From NCBI RefSeq assembly GCF_964188315.1, contig NC_135671.1, positions 38,006,001 through 38,070,000 on the forward strand: a DNA stretch of 64,000 nt, written 5' to 3'. This DNA comes from Podarcis muralis. Its lineage: Eukaryota. Shown one piece after another: positions 25,924 to 37,400 of this stretch; positions within the stretch are counted from its first letter, which is position 1, and every line of letters begins with the position of its first letter. The position numbers and the translations under genes were made by a program. Below the pieces are notes generated by a model, which saw nothing but the letters and a program-made list of their open reading frames with translations, was not told the origin of the DNA and searched no databases.

Positions 25924-26712
25924 TAGAATCTTTCCTAAGAAAGTGAGCTGGCAAATCGCCTGCTTCAAATCTCCCCTCAGTTATGACCTCAGGCAAGTCA
26001 CTCTGGTAGCTCAGTTGAAGACTGCCTCTTTGCATGCAGAAGGACCCAGGTTCAATTCTTGGCATCTCCAATTAAAAAAGCACATTGAGTAGCAGTTAGT
26101 CAATTGGGGCACTATCCATTGTTCCATCAGTGCAAGGTTTTCACTTATCCTGGGACACATCTGCAATAAAGATGTAATAACAGTGGCCTACCTCACAGAA
26201 CTGTTGTAAGGAGTATTGAAAGAATGTATATCAAGAGCTTTCAACAATTGGGTTAAGCACTATATAAATGCTAGATATTATTGTTGGATGATTTATATAA
26301 TGTAGCAGGTATGTCAGAACACCCACATTTTCATGGTTCACTGTACTTTTTTTTTGTCAAAATGCATTTATAACATTTAAATTTCAGAAAGCCACTATAT
26401 ATGATACTTTTTAAATGTGCAAATAAAAAAACTGATCATTGAAATTCTTCATAACTCAACAAGCAACAGCCAAAAACCAAAACAGATAACTGTTTCCTGT
26501 GGAGAAAGACTGCACTCAGAGCTGGCCTACCCATGAAGCAAGTTGAGGCGACCGCCTCAGGTGGCAGGATTCATCACCTGAATTGACAGCAGATCCTGAT
26601 GTTGATCTTCCTTCTTGGGCCGGCCCTGCGTATACTTAGTTAGTGAAACTCCTGCATAGGATTGCACCTTCTAGCTAGGAAGTTTTGATTAAAACAATGA
26701 GGAGGATGTAAG

Positions 26713-28140
26713 GATGTTTAACAGACGATCTCCGTAGACAGCTGGATCGAGGCGGGTCAGGACTGGTGATCTTTTTAGATTTGTCAGCAGCCTTTGACAT
26801 GGTCGATCATGATCTTCTGGACCACCGCCTCGCAGACGTGGGGATACAGGGCATAGCCCATAACTGGCTGTGCTCTTTTATCTCTGGTCGGGGACAGAGG
26901 GTGGCACTAGGGAGGGAAATGTCGTTGTGCCACTCCTTGGTGTGTGGAGTGCCGCAGGGCGCAATTCTCTCCCCGATGCTTTTTAACAACTTTATGCGCC
27001 CCCTTGCCCAGATTATCCGGAGCTTTGGGCTGGGCTGTTGCCAATATGCTGATGACACTCAGCTCTATCTGCTGATGGATGGCCACACCGACTCGGCCCC
27101 GAACACACTGACCAGATGCTTGGAAGCTGTGGCTGGATGGTTTCGTGGGAGCCGATTGAAACTAAATCCTTCGAAGACAGAGGTCCTATGGCTAGGTCGG
27201 GATGGCATGGGGATGAGGGACCAACTCCCTTCTTTTGCGGGGGGCCAATTAGTGCCATTGCCTTCCGTTAAGAATTTGGGTGTAATCCTTGACACCTCCC
27301 TTTCCATGGAGGCACAAGTTACAGCAACAGCTAAGGCGACATTTTTCCACCTTCGCCACATCAATCAATTGGTCCCTTACCTTTCCCGCCCTGACCTGGC
27401 CACAGTGATCCACACGACGATCATCTCCAGGCTTGAGATGTAATTCTCAAGTAATTCGCTCTACGCGGGGTTGCCCTTGAAGCTGACCCAGAAACTCCAG
27501 CGGGTGCAGAATGCTGCAGCGAGGCTCCTTACGGGGTCTCTGCCATGGGAGCATATTCACCCAGTGCTTTTCAAACTACACTGGCTCCCGGTGGAGTACA
27601 GAGTCAGATTTAAGGTGCTGGTTTTGACCTTTAAAGCCCTTCACAGCCTAGGACCCTCGTACCTACGGGACCGCCTCTCCTGGTATGCTCCACGGAGAGC
27701 CTCAAGGTCCACAAATAGCAACACCCTAGTGGTCCCGGGCCCTAAGGAAGTTAGATTGGCTTCAACCAGAGCCAGGGTCTTTTCAACTCTGGCTCCGGCC
27801 TGGTGGAACTCTCTGCCTCATGAGACCAGGGCCCTGCGGGACTTGACATCTTTCCACAGGGCCTGCAAGACGGAGCTGTTCCGCCTGGCCTTTGGCTTGG
27901 AGCCAATTTGATTCCCTCCCTCCCTCTCTTTCTTTTTTCCTTTCCTTCTCCTCCTGCAATGAGGCTACATTTTAACATTTTAATGTTTCAATATTTTAAT
28001 GTTGTATTTTAATGTTGTTTTTAAGTTGTAATCATTCAACTTGTTTTTATTATTGCTTGTAAGCCGCTCTGAGCCCAGCCTTGGCTGGGGAGGATGGGGT
28101 ATAAATAAAAATTATTACAGTATTATTATTATTATTATTA
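26713..28140 (+). mobile_element. 5'-truncated L2-clade LINE (RT domain plus 3' UTR), disrupted
   Basis: FLDLSAAFDMVDH, GVPQGAILSPMLF, QYADDTQLY, LKLNPSKTE; break at ~27440; then LQRVQNAAARLL..LHWLPV..WNSLP; (TTA)n tail. Confidence 0.85.
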
Positions 28141-28713
28141 AGATTCTTTTGTGTTCTTTGCTTATCAGAGTTTCCACAGAAATTGTAAATTTGGATTAAA
28201 TGGAAAAATAACATGGGGTGGCATTTTGACAAGGGTGATGTCCTGTAGATACGGCACAAAACATGCACGCGTGAGCAGCTCTGAGTGCACAATGAAATGC
28301 TGTAGAAGCGCCCACAAGGTGCTTCTTCAAGTATACATGGCACAGACCACTGAGGGCTGGGGTAGGTAAAAGTATATATAATTAGCAGACCTAGAAGTTA
28401 ACTGGCAACCCTGAGTTTAAGCTGTCATGGTTCTTGGTGTCTGCCCCCCAACCCCCACCATGTATATGATCTGACCTGTTATCCTGGTATGTCCAACAAG
28501 CAGTAACACACATCGCATTGAAAATGCTTTTGCTTTCTCAGGTGTTGTGCTTGATACTTAATGAGCTTTTATTAGTGCTAGTGAAGACATACTGCGTAAT
28601 GGATTGCCGTAGTATTACCACATCAGTTTTAAGCAAGTTGCCCCACACTTTCACTGAATGTGATGGCATTGTGGTTGGTTGTATATTCAGTTGTTGCTGG
28701 ATATAGTTTCACT

Positions 28714-29003
28714 CATGGGCGTAGCCAGGATTTTTGTTAGGGGGGGGGAAGGCCTTTGTTGGGGGGGACAGAACCTCAGTTACCGATGTATTTTTATTTA
28801 ATTTTATTTATTTGGGGGGACAGCTGCCTTTGTTGGGGGGGCAGAACCTCAGTTACCGATGTATTTTTATTTAATTTTATTTATTTGGGGGGACAGCTGC
28901 CTTTCTTGGGGGGGCAGAACCTCAGTTACCGATGTATTTTTATTTAATTTTATTTATTTGGGGGGACAGCTGCCCCTTCCTGCCCCCCTTGACTACGCCC
29001 ATG
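28714..29003. mobile_element. hAT-type MITE containing a 73-bp tandem triplication
   Basis: TIR CATGGGCGTAGCCAGG / CTTGACTACGCCCATG; 8-bp flanks GTTTCACT / GTTGCACT; GAACCTCAGTT at 28771, 28844, 28917. Confidence 0.8.
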
Positions 29004-30030
29004 GTTGCACTGACGATACATGGTTGTGATGACAAAACCAGATGGAAGTACAGTTTACCCTTCCATAAACAAGGTTTTATGAAAGCAAGCGTCTTTCTGA
29101 CATTTATTCCTATGGCACCTCTTGGCACATATTAGTGCTTAGAGCTGTGTCCTTTTTGTGTATGTGCTGAGTTGCTGTGTTCAAATGTCTATTGATGTTT
29201 TATTTCAGTGTGCTGATGCACACGTTTGATTTTGAGTCACTTGAGATAGGGGAATGTGCTAGGAAGCCCTGGGGAACAGTGAAACCTGTGGGATTCCTGA
29301 AACAAAGAAATGTGGGGGCGGATGGAGATAGGAGTATGGTGAGTAGTCAGTAGAACAATAATTGCACTTGTTTTACTGGTTTGGGATCTGATCAGAGAGA
29401 GGGAGGAGAGAATGAATATGGGAATTCCTGTTTGAATTGCAAACTAGTTGCAACATAGGGTATGGGATAAGAAAGGCAAATCCTGCACCTTTCCAGACAA
29501 AAAAACAATACTCGAAACTATTGTTAAACTATATCCATTTTGTGCAGTATCCATCCTATTACCATTGACTGGAACTGGAGTTAATATGCTTGCAGGAATT
29601 ATTGCTCCTCCCCCGCTGTAGTAACAAGAAAGGGTGGTACTGTAGATGTACACCACTGTGCTAAAGGATAGGACTGCACATGTTTCAAGTGAAAAATAAT
29701 AATAAAATAAAAGTTTATTTAAATAAAATATTTAAATAGTATTTCTAGATATTGCAAGAGATCAACACAATATTGCCAAGCAATAGTGTTCACTATCCCT
29801 CATGAAAGTGCGCAGAAGCTTTACATATATTAATTAGTGTGATGTATCTGTCCACAGCGCCACCCGCGTCCCTTTACTGACACCTTAATGTGGCAGCTAC
29901 ACATGCCACATGATCTATGTATATCTCGGGCCAAACTAGGCATGATAAACACCAGGGGTAAGTCATTGAGCTCTCTAAGTGTATTTCCACAGAAGCCCCA
30001 TAACACTGAAATGCACTCAGTATATGTGCT

Positions 30031-30418
30031 GATCGCCAAAGAATTGATGCTTTTGAATTCTGGTGCTGGAGGAGACTCTTGAGAGTCTTCTTGGACTGCA
30101 AGAAGATCAAACCTCTCCATTCTGAAGGAAATCAGCCCTGAGTGCTCACTGGAAGGACAGATCCTGAAGCTGAGGCTCCAATACTTTGGCCACCTCGTGA
30201 GAAGAGAAGACTCCCTGGAAAAGACCCTGATGTTGGGAAAGATGGAGGGCGCAAGGAGAAGGGGACGACAGAGGGCGAGATGGTGGGACAGTGTTCTCGA
30301 AGCTACCAGCATGAGTCTGACCAAACTGCGGGAAGTAGTGGAGGACAGGAGTGCCTGGCGTGCTCTGGTCCAGGGGGTCACCAAGAGGCGGACACAACTA
30401 AACAACTAAACAACAACA
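30031..30418 (+). mobile_element. Bov-B (RTE) LINE 3' fragment
   Basis: GAAGCTGAGGCTCCAATACTTTGGCCACC..AAGACCCTGATGTTGGGAAAGATGGAGGGC; MRREDSLEKTLMLGK..RGRQRARW; CAACTAAACAAC tail. Confidence 0.9.
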
Positions 30419-30649
30419 TGTGTGGAATATATTAGCCATGCCAGCCACCTGCCCCTCCTGTCAGTCATTGGCACAGAGACGCAACACCCAAATGGGCTGA
30501 TTTGTGGGGTACCCCGGGATGGGAGCCCGTGAGTGGGTGCCCTACGAGGGGGGAGGCAAAACGAAGCCAGCCTCCCTTGTCCGTTTTACCCTCATACAAA
30601 GTTCTGCCCCGTTTTCTGAGAAGCTTCCTGCACAAAGCGGCTTACAGTT

Positions 30650-31310
30650 TTATTTAAAACAGAAGCGTTGCACAACGCAACAACCACTATAGGCCAGGCG
30701 GGTTCGCAAGGGAGGCCCCCCCCCCCCCTCGAAAGCGGGCTCGGGGAGAAGTGGCGAGGGGGCGAGCGCTCCCTTCTCCCGCCCAGCTGCGCCTCCGCCC
30801 TCCTCCGAGCTCCCCGAGTGGCGCCTCCTTCGAGCGCGGGGCTGGACTGTCCCGCCCGCTCCCTCTGGCTGTTCTGCTGCTGCCGCCCGACGGGCGGACG
30901 GAGGCGCAGCGGCGCGAGGAAACGGGCACGGCGCTTCCCAGCGCGCCGCGATGCGGGTGAGAGGCGCGAGGCGAGGCCGTGGGGTGGGAGGGCGGGGAAG
31001 TGGGGGGGGGGGACTGGGGGCGACTGAAGGGCAAATGCAGGAAACAGCCGCCCTGAGTTGCAAGGCAGGAACGGGCGCAGCGAGAGGAGCAGCAGCCGCT
31101 GCATCGGATCCACCCTTCCCTTTTTGCGTTGACGGCGGCGGACGCCCATATGTTCGGCTGCTGGGTGGCTCCTCAGCGGAGTGTCTCAGGATCGGGAGCA
31201 CCCAGGTCCTTCCCGACAAATTAAAGGACAGTCCGAGACAGGGAGGAAACTTCCTCTTCCTTGGAAATAGACAGGTTAACTTGGAATTAACCCGTTTCCG
31301 GATAAGCAGG
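30650..31310 (+). promoter_or_regulatory. CpG island, probable promoter and non-coding first exon of DNASE1L1 copy A
   Basis: Very GC/CpG-rich; donor CAGG|GTAGGT at 31310/31311; acceptor TTGCACAG at 34412, 38 nt upstream of the ATG; G-tract cluster 30981-31020. Confidence 0.55.
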
Positions 31311-32053
31311 GTAGGTGCATCAGAGCCATAGCTGTCAACGTTTCCCTTTTTTTTAAGGCAAATTCCCTTATTCCGAATAGGATTCCTCGCAAGAAAAGGG
31401 GAAAGTTGACAGCTATGATCAGAGCACTCAGCCAGGCACACACGAGATCTGATTATTGATGGTGATGATGGTGATGATTGAGCAGGAAGGTCGCATGAAT
31501 CAGGAGTAGTGGCTGGACTCAAACTCCCATCAGCCATAGCCAGCCCAGCCAATGGTCAGGGATTATGGGAGTTGTAGTCCAGCAACATCTGTGGTGCTGC
31601 AGGTTGTCCACACCTGCCGTAAACAACCTTGCAGATCTGGCTTAACTGAGAAAAATAATTTGCCATTCGCTCTTACTTTACACACAGTGGGTTCAACACC
31701 TGTTATTAATTTATGCAAATTAAAGTTTTTTCTGGTACAGTGAAACCAATCGGAAAGTGCACCTCGGTTGTCAAACATTTTGGAAGCCAAACGGGCTTCC
31801 GGAACAGATTACGTTTGACAGCCAAGGTCTGGCTGTACTAATAATTCTGCCTGACAATATAAACAGCTAGGAATACAGACGACTGGGTTTCTGTGTTTTG
31901 GCTTATGCAGTAATTCTTACTCGACAGTTTTGGTCCACACAATTACAGGCTGCTCCTTCTGATGTCCCAGCACACACACGCTGGGCACCCACAGTGTAGG
32001 GCCTAAGTTGGCGCCACTGCGCTGTTGATTTAAGTTCAGCTTGTGGTCTACTA

Positions 32054-32432
32054 GGGACACGGGTGGCACTGTGGTCTACTAAACCACTGAACCTCTTGAG
32101 CTTGCCGATCAGAAGGTCAGCGGTTCGGATCCCTGCGATGGGGTGAGCTCCCGTTGCTTGGTCCCTGCTCCTGCCAACCTAGCAGCTCAAAAGCACACCT
32201 CCCCAAAAAGTGCAAGTAGATAAATAGGTACTGCTCCGGCGAGAAGGTAAACGGCGTTTCCGTGTGCTGCTGTGGTTTTGGTGTTCATTGCACCAGAAGC
32301 GGGTGGCCACATGACCCGGAAAAACTGCCTGTGGACAAACGCTGGCTCCCTCGGCCTGTAAAGCAAGATGAGCACTGCAACCCCAGAGTTGTCTGCAACT
32401 GGACTTAACTGTCAGGGGTCCTTTACCTTTAC
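32054..32432 (+). mobile_element. Sauria SINE, full length
   Basis: Same family; CCTTTACCTTTA tail; 11-bp TSD GTGGTCTACTA at 32043-32053 / 32433-32443. Confidence 0.88.
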
Positions 32433-34450
32433 GTGGTCTACTAAGACAAGTCAGGTGTCCTCCATCTTATATTTGTACTGCTGGTTCTTACTGCCTAAGT
32501 ATAGAACCTTACATTTGTCCCTACTGAAATTCATGTTGTTGGTTTGGGCCCAGTTTTCCAATCTGTTAAGGTCTTGAATCCTAATTATGTCTTCTGCAGC
32601 ATTAGACACCCTCCCAGTTTGGTGTCATCTGCAAATTTGATGAGCATCCCCTCAGTTCCTTCATGCAAGTTGTTTATAAAGACAGTGAACAACAACGGGC
32701 CCATGACAGAACCCTGCAGTACCCCACTTGTCACTTCCCCCCGAACTACAATTCCCATAATCTCCGGTCATTGGCTGTGCTTGCTGGGGCTGATGAAAGT
32801 TGTAGTTTAACAGCATCTGGAGTGCCAAAGTTTCCCCACCCTGGTTGTAGACACCATGAAAGAGGAACTTAGATGTGCAGTTGCTGCTCTGGGCAGCACC
32901 CACACAACAAGTGTGGTCAGACTTAGGACTGAGGAGATCCGAGTTCAAATCCCCACTCAGCCATGAAGCTCACTGGGTGCCTTTGGGGCAGTTAGGGGCA
33001 GTTAGTATCTCTCAGTCAAATCTATCTCATCAAGTTGTTGTATAGATAAAATGGGGGAAAGAAGATGAGAGAACCATAGACTAGCCTGAGAAACTTAGAT
33101 ATCAAGGTAATAATACTGTCCAAATGTAATGTCTAATTTAACCCTTAATGCAACTTGTGAAAATGCTGTTGGTCTATTCTTGGTCTATATGAATACCTTG
33201 CATATTTCTTTGCTTGGCACTGGAGAATGAGACATTAAAAATCGAATATATGATATCTTTTGTAAAAGCTGAGTCACTGAAAAGAAAGATAAGAGTGTGA
33301 GAAGCCTCTGTGGGCCAGTCTGGCCTAGTGATTAGAGTCCTAGATTAGAACCTTGGAGACTAGGGTTTAAATCCCTACTCAGCCCGGAATTTCACTGGTT
33401 GACTCAGCCTCTACCTCACATGGATGCTGTGAGCATTAAATCAGGAGGGGAGAACCATATTTCCCCCCTTGATCTCCTCTAAGGAAAGGTGAGATGTGAA
33501 GCAAAAAGGAATAAACAAGAGTATTTATTTGTTTAGTCGCATTATTTGTATGCCTCCTTTCATCGAACAGGAATACCAGAAAAAGAGCCCAAAGGCCCAT
33601 CTCCCCCAGCAGCCTGTTGTCAGAGTAGCTAACCAGAGTCCTGTGGGAACTCCATAAGCAGGGCACGAGCGCAGTAGCCCCCTCCATTCATGAATTATTT
33701 TGGGGTAGCAAATTCCTTAGTTTTACTCTGCGCCGTGTGAGGGACGTCCTTTTGTCTGATCTGAATTTTCCAGCGTTCAGCTTCCCCGGACGCTGAGTTA
33801 TGCCTGCATGGAAGCTGTAACTTCTAACTTGGAAACCCCACTCCCTAATTTCAGATAGGAAGCTTGTGAGAGATGCATATAGCCTGCCTTTTTTCGGGAG
33901 GCCCTCACCGCATGTTCTAGAGCTGATGCTGGAGCTCAAGGCAAGTTTTTAGCATCAAAGCAGAAGATAGGTTAAAGGTGTGAATACATTCAACAGATCT
34001 TCGTATTTGAAAATAATGCCGCAAAGGAGCCTGACCAACTTCATGACTGCAGTCTGCGGGGGCGGGGGGAATCTTTCTCTCTACACCATGATCCTGTTTA
34101 AAATTGGCACAGCAGCTGCCCCCTCCAAGAGGAAAACTGCCTCTGTGCCAGTGCCCCCAGGCTCAAACCAGGCCTTGCCTAGGAGGAGTCTGTTGGCATA
34201 AGAATCATGAACTAACACGCTGCTGCTTTCTGCTCTTTCGTTTGTGTTGGTCTTTATTTAGTAGCACTCATCTCTATATTTAGATTCGTCCCAGAAGATT
34301 CATGAGTGGCCACTATTGTAGGAGTGATTCCCTCGACAGGCTCCCAGCCACTGCCACCTCCTCCATCGGCCTGCTTTTCCGTCTTTCTCTGATTCACTTT
34401 TATCTTGCACAGAATCCGTCTGTAGAAGGAACCTGACTGGATTCCCAAGG

Positions 34451-37400
34451 ATGGAGCCCTCCTGCTTTCTGCGCTTCTTGCCGCTCTTGTTGCTGTGCCC
34501 AGCAGGAGCCCCCTTCCGGATCTGTGCCTTCAACACTCAGCGCTTTGCCCAAGGGAAGGCAAGCAAGGCCAACGTCATGGACACACTTGTCAAGGTGGGG
34601 ACTTCAAGGCAACCCCCGACGGGATGCATGTCGCTTCTGTGGGTTGAATTCCTTCTTTAGACAGGATTTGCTCACATGAACAACGTGTATTAACAAGTTC
34701 TAATGGGTGTGGAAGGAGTAGGAAGGACAGGTTAGGAAGAGAAGCCACTAAAGTGAGGTGTAGGGCTGGATCTGCTATGAAACCAATGAAGCTTAAGCTT
34801 CAGAGCACCTAATTCCAGAGGAGCCCCAGAAGTGACTTTAGTCTACATTGCTTTAAAAAAATTGGTCCAGTAGATCCAATTTGAGTTGCATGACTCAAAT
34901 TGATTAATTTTTTGTTGTGTATATTTTGATAATCCCAAAGTTTTTTAGTAAAGCTGTTGTAAAGGTGTGGCAATCTGTTGTGGAACAACCCCATTGAAGA
35001 AAATAACAGTGGTTGGTTACCCAGACCTTTTTGCTGGTTGCGAAGGGGCCCCCATGGCAGTTCAAGTTTCAGGGCTCCCAAAACATAGGTCCGTCACTGG
35101 TTAGGAGCTCCAGGGGAGAGCCAAAGTTCAGTAAGAACACATGCTTTGCAGGCAGAAGGTTCACTTTTAAATGTGAACTGAATCAGAATTCTCTCCCATT
35201 CCCTAGGTATAGCCCAGACACAGATTTACCACCTTGTTTAGGACTAACATGTTGGAGTCCAACAACATTTGGGCTGTCTACCCCTGATATACAAGCTAAT
35301 GTGTCTCTGTTCCCTCCCACAGATCCTCTCTCGTTGTGATATTGCTGTCCTACAAGAGGTGATGGATGCAAAGGGAAAAGCAGTTCCTGCCTTGGTGGCT
35401 GCCCTGAATCGGTGAGTGTGAGTAATATGGGAGAAATGCAACCAGAGGGAGAGGAATCCATGAAGAGATAGTGGAGGAGACGACAACAGGGCCTTTGGGG
35501 GGAAAAATGGGAGGAAAGCTGGACAGTTGCATGATGGGAGCAGAGCTGGCCCAGATATTTTGGTGCTTGAGGTGGAAAAACCCTTCCCCCTAAATTGTGT
35601 TGGGCATAATTCCCCAGGCTGTTCTGCATGAGTCTCACAGGAATGAGAGTGAGATCTGTGCAAGACTACCAATACCATTTATTTCAATGAGGCTTGTGCA
35701 GGAAAATTGCCAGTGTGCTGTGCTTTGTCTCATGGCAGGACTGTGTCAGAATGGGGAGGAATGTAGGATATGGTGATGGTGTGTGGGTGTGTGGGTGGGT
35801 GTTTGTACACACTAACCCCCAGAGCCAGGCAGTAAACAGAATACAGTGGTACCTCTGGTTACGAACTTAATTTGTTCCAGAGGTCCGTTCTTAACCTGAG
35901 GTACCACTTTAGCTAATAGGGCCTCCTGCTGCCGCCCCGCTGCTGGTGCACGATTTCTGTTCTCTTCCTGAGGTAAAGTTCTTAACCCGAGGTACTACTT
36001 CTGGGTTAGCAGAGTCTGTAACCCGAAGTGTTTGTAACCCGACATACCACTGTACCAGCTAAGGAGCCCCACTGGGTTCATAGCTCTGAGGCTCATGCTG
36101 GTAGTCAGGGAAACTACTGAACCCAAGGCCAGCCAGCAGGAGCTCATTGAACCTGATGCACAGCACCAGGGCACATAAAACCAGCACCAGGGCTCTCACA
36201 GGTGCCTTCCTGTGGGCCCAAAAAACAGAGTGCCTCGCACAGTACCTCACCAGTCCACAGCCCAGGGAATGCATCAGGTGGGAAGCTATGGAACATGGGA
36301 GCGTGCTTGTCTTCAGAGGGGGGGATTGTCCCTTTAAGAGGCTCTTCTTTTCCATAAGGGACAGAGCATAGGAGAGATGGACTAGACAGAAGAAGAGCTC
36401 AGTTCACTTCCAACCTTTGTTGGAACAAGTTGCTACCTAGAAGCTCTCCTTGGTGCTGTCCTCCTCCAAACTATGATGTGGTGAGAATAGTAAGGGCCCA
36501 CCTTTACTCATGGAAGGCAAGGCTATCAGCAGTTACAAGCCATGGTAGCTATGTTCTTCGTCCATGGTTGGAGGCAGCAGTTTTTTCCCTGAATACCAGT
36601 TCTGGAAGCCACAGGTCCTGCTTCTGGACTTCCCATAGGCATCTGGTTGGTCATTGTGGGAAAAGGATGCTAGACTAGATGGGCCTTTGACCTGATTCAG
36701 CTTGGCTCTTGTGCTCTCCCCTTCCAGTAGCTCCTGGAGTATCAAGGGACTGAGGTCCAAGAGTTGACACATACCTTAGGTGGGAGCAGAGGAGCAAGTC
36801 ACACAGGCTAGTGGTTCTCCACAGCAGCACAGTGACCATACTGAGGGAGGGCACTGGATCTGGGAGCTTTATTGTTCTCCTGAATCACCCTACTCCCAGC
36901 ACCAAGAGGATTCTGGGCTGTAATGATGGTGTCCTGGCCTGAACTGCCTGATGCTCCCTCCTCTGACCTGGCTGGTGCAGGAAGCGAGTGTCTGACTTGC
37001 AAAACTACCACATTGCCTTATAGTAGGGCTGGAGAACCTGTGGCCCTCCAGATGTTGTTGGAATTAACTCCCATCAGCTCCAGCCAACAAAGGCCAATGA
37101 TCAGGGATGGTAGTTGTAGTTCAGTAGCTAGAGGAATACAGGTTTTCCATTCCGACTTTACAGTGAGACTTTTTCTCTATTGATCCACTCACTGGCTGAA
37201 GTGCTTTTTATATATCCATGTATATTTTCAATGCAGCTGAATTCTCTTTTCCTGTCAGGTATCATAGTTCTAGTCCCTATACCTACCTCACCAGCCCTCT
37301 GCTGGGCCGGAACAACTACCAAGAACGCTATGTATTCATATACAGGTGAGTGTCATGAGTGTGAGTGTGCATTTAGATGATGATGGTGATGAATTAACGT

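Noticed and set aside
28755-28975. Regular repeats considered as a CRISPR-like array
   Set aside because: Head-to-tail tandem units without unique spacers, inside a MITE in a vertebrate genome
30592-31552. 185-300 aa ORFs in the CpG island
   Set aside because: Low-complexity GC artefacts with no recognisable domain
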